A stretch of 64,000 nucleotides of DNA from the human T2T-CHM13v2.0 reference genome, Homo sapiens: NCBI RefSeq assembly GCF_009914755.1, contig NC_060938.1, one strand, 5' to 3'. A model generated the notes under the pieces. That model had not been told where the DNA came from. It did no database searches and worked only from the letters and a program-made list of their open reading frames with translations. Of this stretch, positions 28,866 to 64,000 are shown piece by piece; within the stretch, counting starts at the first letter, position 1, and each line of letters begins with the position of its first letter. Made by a program: the position numbers and the translations under genes.

Positions 28866-31579
28866 TGATATGGTTTGGCTTTGTGTCCCCGCCCAAATTA
28901 TCACCTTGAATTGTAATAATCCCCACATGTCAAGGGTGGGGCCAGGTGGAGATAATTGAATCATGGAGGCGGTTTCACCCATACAGTTCTCATGGTAGTG
29001 AATAAGTCTCACGAGATCTGGTGGTTTTATAAATGGGAGTTCCTGCGCACAAGCTCTCTTGCCTCCCGCCTTGTGAGATGTGACTTTGTTCCTCATTTGC
29101 CTTCTGCCACGATTGTGCGACCTCCCCAGCCGTGCGGAACTGTGAGTCCATTAAACCTCTTTCCTTTGTAAATTCCCCAGTCTCGGGTATGTGTTTATTA
29201 GCAGTGTGAGAACAGACTAATACAGTAAATTGGTACCAGGTAGTGAGGTGTTACAGTAAAGATACTCAAAAATTTGGAAGCAACTTTGGAACTGGGTAAT
29301 AGGTAGAGGTTGGAAGAGTTTGGAGGTCTCAGAAGATGACAGGAAAATATGGGAAAGTTTGGAACTTCCTAGAGAGTTGGAGGGCTCAGAAGACAGGAAG
29401 ATGTGGGAAAGTTTGGAACTTCCTAGAGAGTTGTTGAATGGCTTTGACCAAAATGCTGATAGTGATAAGGACAATAAGGTCCAGGCTGTGGTGGTCTCAG
29501 ATGCAGATTAGGAACTTGTTGGGAACTGGAGTAAAGGTCACTCTTGTTACTTTAGCACTAAGAGACTGGCAGCATTTTGCTCCTGCCCTAGAGATCTGTG
29601 AAACTTCGAACTTGAGAGAGATGATTTAAGGTATCTGTTTGGAAGAAATTTCTAAGCAGCAAAGCATTCAAGAGGTGATTTAAGTGCCGTTAAAAGCATT
29701 CAGTCTTGGCTAGGTTTGGTGGCTCACACCTGTAATCTCAGCACTTTGGGAGGCCAAAGCTGGCGGATCAGTTGAGGTCAGGAGTTCCAGACCAGCCTGG
29801 CCAACAGAGCAAAATCCTGTCTCTATTAAAAATATAAAGATCAGCCAGGTGAAGTGGTGTGCTTGCACCTGTAATTCCAGCTACTTGGGAGGCTGAGGCA
29901 CAAGAATTGCTTGAACCTGGGAGGCAGAGGTTGCAGTGAGCAGAGATTGTGCCACTCCAGCCTGGGTGAGACTCAGTCTCGGAAAAAAAAAAAAAAGTGA
30001 GACTTAAAAAAGGTGAGACTCAGTCTCAAAAAAAAAATTCAGTTTTATGTATTCACAAAGACATGGTTTGGAATTGGAACTTCTGTTTAAAAGGGAAGCA
30101 GAGCATAAAAGTTAGGAAAATTTGCAGCCCGATGATGCCACAGAAAAGAAAAACCCATTTTCTGAGGGGAAAATTCAACCCACTGCAGAAATTTGTGTAA
30201 GTAACTAGGAGCCAAATGTTAATCACTAAGGCAATGGAGAAAATGTCTCCAGAACATGTCAGAGGTCTTCATGGCAGCCCCTCCCATCACAAGCCTGGAG
30301 GCCTAGGAGGAAAACATGGTTTCCTGGGCCGGATTCAGGGCCCCGTTGCTTTGTGTAATCTGGGGACTTGGTGCCCTGTGTCCCAGCCGTGGCTGAAAGG
30401 GGCCAATGTAGAACTCAGGCCATTGCTTCAGAGGGTGAAGCCCCAAACCTTGGCAGCTTCAACCTGGTATTGGGCCTGTGGGTGCACAGGAGTCAATAAT
30501 TGAGGTTTGGGAACCTCTGCCTAGATTTCAGAGGATGTATGGAAATGCCAGGATGTCCAGGTAGGGGTGTGCTGCAGAGGCGGTGCCCTCATGAAGAACC
30601 TCTGCTAGTGCAGTGTGGAAGGGAAACGTGGGGTCAGAGTCCCCACACAGAGTCCCCACTAGGGCACCACCTAGTGGAGCTGTGAGAGGAGGGCCACTGT
30701 CCTCCAGATCACAGAATGGTCGACCTACCAACAGCTTGGACTGTGGGCCTGGAAAAGCCACAGATACTCAACACCAGCCAATGAAAGCAGCCAGGAGTGG
30801 GGCTGTACCCTGCAAAACCACAGGGTGGAGCTGCCCAAGACCATAAAGACCCACCTCTTGTATCAGTGTGACCTGGATGTGAGACATGGAGTCAAAGGAG
30901 ATCATTTTGGAGCTTTAAGATTTAATGACTGCCTTGCTGGAGTTTGGACTTGCATGGAGCCTTGATTTTGGCCAATTTCTCCCATTTGGAACAGGTGTAT
31001 TTACCAAATGCCTGTACCCCCATTGTATCTAGGAAGTAACTAACTTGCTTTTGGTTTTACAGGCTCATAGGCAGAAGGGACTTGTCTTGTCTCAGATAAG
31101 ACTTTGGACTTGGACTTTTGGGTTAATGCTAAAATGAGTTAAGACTTTGGAGGACTGTTGGGAAGGCATGATTAGTTTTGAAATATGAAGACATGAGATT
31201 TGGGAGGGGCCAGGGGCAAAATGATATGGTTTGGCTCTGTGTCCCCACCCAAATCTCACCTTGAACTGTAATAATTCCCATGTGTCAAGGGCGGGACTAG
31301 GTGGAGATAATTGAATGATGGGGATGGTTTCCCCCATACTGTTCTCACAGTAGTGAATAAATCTCATGAGATCTGATGGTTTTGTAAATGGGAGTTCCCC
31401 TGCACAAGCTCTCTTTCCTGCCACTGTATAAGATGTGACTTTGCTCCTCATTCACCTTCTTCCATGATCGTGAGGCCTCCCCAACCATATGGAACTGTAA
31501 GTCAATTAAACTTCTTTTCTGTATAAATTACCCAGTCTTGGGTATGTCTTTATTAGCAGCGTGAGAACAGACGAATATA
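28866..31579 (+). mobile_element. Complete THE1 (THE1C-like) MaLR provirus: 5' LTR 28866-29224, internal region, 3' LTR 31222-31579
   Basis: Two homologous LTRs of about 358 bp (TGATATGGTTTGG...AATACA/AATATA), internal start GTAAATTGGTACCAG, polypurine tract before the 3' LTR, 5-bp TSD CTCCA/CTCTA. Confidence 0.9.
29708..30037 (+). mobile_element. AluS-like inside the THE1 internal region, with a reiterated 3' end
   Basis: Dimeric Alu; GTGAGACT plus A run occurs three times. Confidence 0.88.
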
Positions 31580-31664
31580 CTCTACCTCCCAGGTTCAAGT
31601 GATTCTCCTGCCTCAGCCTCCCAAGTAGCTGGGATTACAGGTGTGTGTCACCATACCTGGCTAA

Positions 31665-31808
<144 letters not shown>

Positions 31809-32147
31809 TAGAAAGATCTCTGTGCAACCTCAAAAACAGGATTAAAGAGGAAAAAAGGCAAGGAGATTAAATCAGGAGAGTTTTGCAATAATTCCTGTGA
31901 GGGTGATCAGGGTCCAAACTAGAGCAGGGGAGGTGGAGAGGAGGGTTGGTGATTGAATGTGGAGGGCTTGGGGGATTTGGATGGGATAGGAAGACTGAGT
32001 TGTGTCACCAACGCTGGGGAGCCTACCCAAATTTCTTTCATGGCCCCTTGCTTGGCAAAGCCTAGTCAGTGGATCCAGCCACAAGCTTGGTAAAAATGCA
32101 GTCTCAGAACCCTCCCAAGGCCTACTTGAATCAGAATCTGCACTTGA

Positions 32148-34096
<1,949 letters not shown>

Positions 34097-34320
34097 TGAT
34101 TGACTTTTCTTTTTTTTTTTAATTTAAGTTTTAGGGTACATGTGCACATTGTGCAGGTTAGTTACATATGTATACATGTGCCACGCTGGTGCACTGCACC
34201 CACTAACTCGTCATCTAGCATTAGGTATATCTCCCAATGCTATCCCTCCCCCCTCCCCCCACCCCACCATAGTCCCCAGAGTGTGATATTCCCCTTCCTG
34301 TGTCCATGTGATCTCATTGT

Positions 34321-38175
<3,855 letters not shown>

Positions 38176-38211
38176 TTAGTTGATGCAGTTTCTTCCTAGT
38201 CTCGATGGTCT

Positions 38212-39228
38212 TTACATTTTGGCATGATTTTGCAGCGGCTGGTACTGGTTGTTCCTTTCCATGTTTAGCTCTTCCTTCAGGAGCTCTTTTAGGGCAGGCC
38301 TGGTGGTGACAAAATCTCTCAGCATTTGCTTGTCTGTAAAGTATTTTATTTCTCCTTCACTTATGAAGCTTAGTTTGGCTGGATATGAAATTCTGGGTTG
38401 AAAATTCTTTCCTTTAAGAATGTTGAATATTGGCCCCCACTCTCTTCTGGCTTGTAGGGTTTCTGCCGAGAGATCCGCTGTTAGTCTGATGGGCTTCCCT
38501 TTGAGGGTAACCCGACCTTTCTCTCTGGCTGCCCTTAACATTTTTTCCTTCATTTCAACTTTGGTGAATCTGACAATTATGTGTCTTGGAGTTGCTCTTC
38601 TCAAGGAGTATCTTTGTGGCGTTCTCTGTATTTCCTGAATCTGAACGTTGGCCTGCCTTGCTAGATTGGGGAAGTTCTCCTGGATAATATCCTGCAGAGT
38701 GTTTTCCAACTTGGTTCCATTCTCCCCATCACTTTCAGGTACACCAATCAGATGTAGATTTGGTCTTTTCACATAGTCCCATATTTCTTGGAGGCTTTGC
38801 TCATTTCTTTTTATTCTTTTTTCTCTAAACTTCCCTTCTCGCTTCATTTCATTCATTTCATCTTCCATCGCTGATACCCTTTCTTCCAGTTGATCGCATC
38901 GGCTCCTGAGGCTTCTGCATTCTTCACGTAGTTCTCGAGCCTTGGTTTTCAGCTCCATCAGCTCCTTTAAGCACTTCTCTGTATTGGTTATTCTAGTTAT
39001 ACATTCTTCTAAATTTTTTTCAAAGTTGTCAACTTCTTTGCCTTTGGTTTGAATGTCCTCCCGTAGCTCAGAGTAATTTGATCGTCTGAAGCCTTCTTCT
39101 CTCAGCTCGTCAAAGTCATTCTCCATCCAGCTTTGTTCCGTTGCTGGTGAGGAACTGCGTTCCTTTGGAGGAGGAGAGATGCTCTGCGTTTTAGAGTTTC
39201 CAGTTTTTCTGTTCTGTTTTTTCCCCAT
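38212..39228 (-). CDS. LINE-1 ORF1p, open, 338 aa
   Basis: MGKKQNRKTGNSK start, coiled coil, REKG, ARR and YPAKLS motifs; RPNLHLIG where consensus is RPNLRLIG. Confidence 0.95.
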   Translation of the reverse strand: MGKKQNRKTGNSKTQSISPPPKERSSSPATEQSWMENDFDELREEGFRRSNYSELREDIQTKGKEVDNFEKNLEECITRITNTEKCLKELMELKTKARELREECRSLRSRCDQLEERVSAMEDEMNEMKREGKFREKRIKRNEQSLQEIWDYVKRPNLHLIGVPESDGENGTKLENTLQDIIQENFPNLARQANVQIQEIQRTPQRYSLRRATPRHIIVRFTKVEMKEKMLRAAREKGRVTLKGKPIRLTADLSAETLQARREWGPIFNILKGKNFQPRISYPAKLSFISEGEIKYFTDKQMLRDFVTTRPALKELLKEELNMERNNQYQPLQNHAKM

Positions 39229-40563
39229 CTTTGTGGTTTTATCTACTTTTGGTCTTTGATGATGGTGATGTACAGATGGGTTTTTGGTGTGGATGTCCTT
39301 TCTGTTTGTTAGTTTTCCTTCTAACAGACAGGACCCTCAGCTGCAGGTCTGTTGGAATACCCTGCCGTGTGAGGTGTCAGTGTGCCCCTGCTGGGGGGTG
39401 CCTCCCAGTTAGGCTGCTCGGGGGTCAGGGGTCAGGGACCCACTTGAGGAGGCAGTCTGCCCGTTCTCAGATCTCCAGCTGCGTGCTGGGAGAACCACTG
39501 CTCTCTTCAAAGCTGTCAGACAGGGACATTTAAGTCTGCAGAGGTTACTGCTGTCTTTTTGTTTGTCTGTGCCCTGCCCCCAGAGGTGGAGCCTACAGAG
39601 GCAGGCAGGCCTCCTTGAGCTGCTGTGGGCTCCACCCAGTTCGAGCTTCCAGGCTGCTTTGTTTACCTAAGGAAGCCTGGGCAATGGCGGGCGCCCCTCC
39701 CCCAGCCTCGCTGCCACCTTGCAGTTTGATCTCAGACTGCTGTGCTAGCAATCAGCGAGACTCCATGGGCGTATGACCCTCTGAGCCAGGTGCGGGATAT
39801 AATCTCGTGGTGCGCTGTTTTTTAAGCCGGTCCGAAAAGCGCAATATTCGGGTGGGAGTGACCCGATTTTCCAGGTGCGTCCCTCACCCCTTTCTTTGAC
39901 TCGGAAAGGGAAGTCCCTGACCCCTTGCGCTTCCCAAGTGAGGCAATGCCTCGCCCTGCTTCAGCTCGCGCACGGTGCGCGCACCCACTGACCTGCGCCC
40001 ACTGTCTGGCACTCCCTAGTGAGATGAACCCGGTACCTCTGATGGAAATGCAGAAATCACCCGTCTTCTGTGTCGCTCACGCTGGGAGCGGTAGACCGGA
40101 GCTGTTCCTATTCGGCCATCTTGGCTCCTCCCCAGCCTTTTCTCCTTTCTCTGATTGACTTTTCAAAGGCTGAACCAGCCTTCCATTCTTGGGATAAACC
40201 TTAGTTGGCCATGATGATTTATTCTTTTCATGTATAATTAGATTCAATTTGCCAGTAATTTGTTGAGAATTTTCACATCTGTATTTATGAGGGATATTGG
40301 CCTCTAGTTTTCTTTTTCTGTAATGTTTTTGGTCTTGGTGTCAGGTAATGATGACCTTAGCAAATGAATCGGGAAGTGTTTCTTGTTCTTTATAGCCTAA
40401 AAGAGTTTGTGTAGACTTGATATTTTTCCTTACGTAATTGGTAGAATTTGCCAGTGAAGATATGTGCACCTGTAGTTTTTATTGCTAAAAGGTTTTAAAT
40501 TATAAATTCAATTTCTATAATAGATACAAACTAACCAGGTTATTTAATCTTTGTTAAGCTGTA

Positions 40564-52307
<11,744 letters not shown>

Positions 52308-52309
52308 TA

Positions 52310-59812
<7,503 letters not shown>

Positions 59813-60763
59813 AGTATGGACTTTTGAGTCAATGGAACTGTGTGTAGTGTTGTATTTCTAGCAATTTCTAACAGTATTCCTTCATAAGATGACAAGCTGT
59901 TTCTAACCTCATTTCTCCTGTTTTAGGAACACTTGTGTCAGGTTTCTATTTCAGTAACCATAATCACTAATAACTAAGGGAACACAAAAGTCCATCAATG
60001 AGAAGTCATCTCTTAACTGTGGAAGGCCAGCAGTTAATATACTGGACCACAAAATGAAATCAAGTGATGCAAGTTCTTCCCTCAATCTAAGAACCTGCAG
60101 AATACCAAGACAAGTGTTTCAAGAATCATCCAGAAAGGTCAGTTTTAAACTATATGTTTAAAGCAGAAACATTACTTGGCATGGGGCTTTCTAGGTAAAA
60201 AAGGAAGACATAATATAATTGGCTTAGATCCTAAGAGTTTTTCTTCTCTTTATTTGCAAGATAAGTTGATTAACTTCAATTATTAATAGCCAAAACTTGT
60301 GCCTCCTAATTAGATCTATACTCTAGTGAGATATAATCTCATAATTAAGCACCCAAAGTTTTTGTTGTTAAAAAAAATTATCAGCCAATAATAAAACTTT
60401 TAATGACTGTAGCAAGTTGACACTTTCTGGTTTTCTATCCAACTATGCAGTATAGTCTTGTTTTTGGTACCACCATTGTAATTTACTGAGGAATAAACAA
60501 GACAAGACAGAGAAGCACACAGCGCTTGCTAGATACTCTTAAAGTATATGATACTTAAAATAGCATCCTTTCCTGGATATGAAGTTTTATTCACATTTGA
60601 AAATATATTCTTAAGTTCTAAACTCTTCACTTTAAAAAGTGAGGGTAAGTAGAATTATTTTCATTTTCCTTGAAATAATTTGATCACATCTAAGACAACA
60701 AAAAGAACCTATTTAAAAATACTGTTTTAATAAGGTGACAGGTGATGGTCCTCTGGCCAGGTA

Positions 60764-60769
60764 TTTATT
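60764..60769 (-). terminator. PPP4R3A: Distal poly(A) signal AATAAA of PPP4R3A
   Basis: tttatt on plus; U/GU-rich tract TTCTTTTTGTTGTCTT further downstream (about 60707-60692). Confidence 0.55.
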
Positions 60770-60875
60770 TAGAAACCACCACTTACAAGTCAAACTGGTA
60801 TTCCAAAGGGAGTAGTTAAAAACAAAAACAAGAAACATACAACTAATACAATTTCTCTTACTCTTCACTTTTCTT

Positions 60876-60881
60876 TTTATT
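60876..60881 (-). terminator. PPP4R3A: Poly(A) signal AATAAA of PPP4R3A
   Basis: tttatt on the plus strand, with GU/U-rich downstream element GTATGTTTCTTGTTTTTGTTTT (60840-60819). Confidence 0.75.
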
Positions 60882-62000
60882 ATTCAAAAGTCAAATGTTT
60901 TTAAATCATCCATCCTCAATTTTGATTTAATGTACCGTCATTTCCCCAAGAAAAGAAATTTCAGAATCTCTTTGGAATACTAATTTCATGTTTCTAGATT
61001 TAACAAAACTGTTGAAGTTTTAAATTCCATTCTATTTCCCTGAATTCTCAAGACAGTTGCTGATGTAAATTTTAATATAAAATATTTAGTCACAAAATAG
61101 TATTGCTTTTGTATGCACATAGTTGTAAGATTACTTTGCTTTTGTCAATAAAAACTATACCATCTTTCATAAAACTCTAAACAAATTAAGAACTGTGATG
61201 TAGAACAAAAATTACACATGGTAAAACAGGTACCAGCACAACGTTAGGTTATATTACATCAAAAAAAGTTTTAATGGTCCCAAATATATATACTCAACAA
61301 CTAAGCATACACTCAGGGGAGGAAAAAAAAAATCAAAAACAAAATAAAACAAAAAAATTATGACACAAATGACCACATCTAGAATTCCACTCAATCTTTA
61401 ATCAAGTAGGGAGAAGTCCCCACTTAAAAAAAAAAATATCTGCAGTTTGAAGGGCAAAGGGAACAGTTAAAAAAGAGGAAAACTTTATACTCGCCCCTCC
61501 CCCACAGAGGTTTTCCAAACCTGTTGTAGCTTGACTAAAATGTTCAGAATGTATGATTTTAAAGGCAGGTCTCTTTATACAAAGAAACTGCTGGCATTCT
61601 TGACTAGTGAAGAATTATGGCAGAAAGGCCCATTCTTCTGAGTCTCAAACATGGTCCAAGAAAGCATATTCTGATTGTAGCAACTGACCAGTCAATCCAG
61701 AGTTCCACTATACAAAACCCCTGCCCTGTTGGCTTTTTGTTTCCATTTCCTTCCCTGAGAAAAGGGCAATGTGTGGTCCAAGCTGGAGAGCTCAAAGGCT
61801 TAAGTCTTTCCCCTAAATATATGATATCCCCTCCTCCTGCTCCATTGAATTGGCACTTGATGAGCAGAAGTCAAGTGTAAGAGGCTGATCTGTGTCAGTC
61901 ATTCACAAGAGACCACTGCGCTTTGTTGTGGATTTTGTATGGGGGAGGGGTGGAGAACCAGTTTTTTTCAACAGGTACTGATCCTAGGCCGTTGCCATTA

Positions 62001-62111
62001 TTATGAATCAAATTTTGCTTTCTTTGACAATGGTAACGTATCTTCCTTATCTTCATCCTCATCATCATCTTCATCATCATCAGGATAATCTACCAGACCC
62101 ACGAGGCCTCC
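62001..62111 (-). CDS. PPP4R3A: PPP4R3A (SMEK1) last coding exon, [36 protein letters not shown]
   Basis: Acceptor ttaacag|GGA at 62112/62111; SMEK-family C-terminal LVDYPDD motif, acidic tract, basic KKAK; stop TAA at 62003-62001 followed by a second TAA. Confidence 0.93.
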   Translation of the reverse strand, partial: GGLVGLVDYPDDDEDDDEDEDKEDTLPLSKKAKFDS

Positions 62112-62344
62112 CTGTTAAGAAATAAGGATTATTTAAAGAACAGAAAATAAAACATATAAAAACACTGGTGTTTTCTGGCTGGAGAAAGAAAATAGATCCT
62201 ACCAACATAGTAACGGTGGTTATTTCTGGGTGGTGGGACTGTGTTAAACTTCAATTCATTATGTTTACATATTTTCTAAATTTCCTGTAATAAACATGCA
62301 TACTTTTTTACAATAAGGGAAAACTTTGAGTTAATTAGAATTAA

Positions 62345-64000
<1,656 letters not shown>

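Larger units (their letters stand above)
60745..62000 (-). other. PPP4R3A: PPP4R3A 3' UTR
   Basis: Repeat-free, AU-rich on the minus strand, downstream of the stop and ending at AATAAA signals; exact end inferred. Confidence 0.8.

Noticed and set aside
29322-29433. Tandem duplication of about 55 bp in the THE1 internal region
   Set aside because: Real, but I recall it as common among THE1 internal copies, so probably inherited from the source element; needs a consensus alignment
61895-62080. [13 protein letters not shown].. (61 aa)
   Set aside because: Shifted-frame reading of the (GAT)n acidic tract of PPP4R3A

Overview
Primate (human or great-ape) genomic DNA, not prokaryotic. I recognise it as the CCDC88C-PPP4R3A interval (human chr14q32). 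The left third holds the 5' end of CCDC88C (Daple) on the minus strand: CpG-island promoter, coding exons 1-3 (60, 101 and 109 nt, all GT-AG) and part of the long intron 3, which runs off the window start. The right end holds the last coding exon and 3' UTR of PPP4R3A (SMEK1), also minus strand. The ~40 kb between them is almost all mobile-element derived: a CMC1 processed pseudogene, a full-length L1PA2-type LINE-1, two complete MaLR proviruses, a solo LTR, an old L1MA-type element, DNA-transposon remnants and most of the window's roughly 45 Alus. I see no convincing new multi-gene system. The best leads are small-scale: (1) a CMC1 retrocopy preserving a 210-nt probable poison exon; (2) a 100-bp, 99%-identical templated insertion inside an Alu, copied from 1.9 kb away; (3) a pri-miRNA-like hairpin in CCDC88C intron 2 with a template-switch signature; (4) an 18-nt 5' tag on the full-length L1; (5) a strong G-quadruplex motif in the CCDC88C 5' UTR; (6) four-layer transposon nesting. 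Gene and subfamily names come from remembered sequences, not searches, and repeat boundaries are approximate unless a TSD is quoted.
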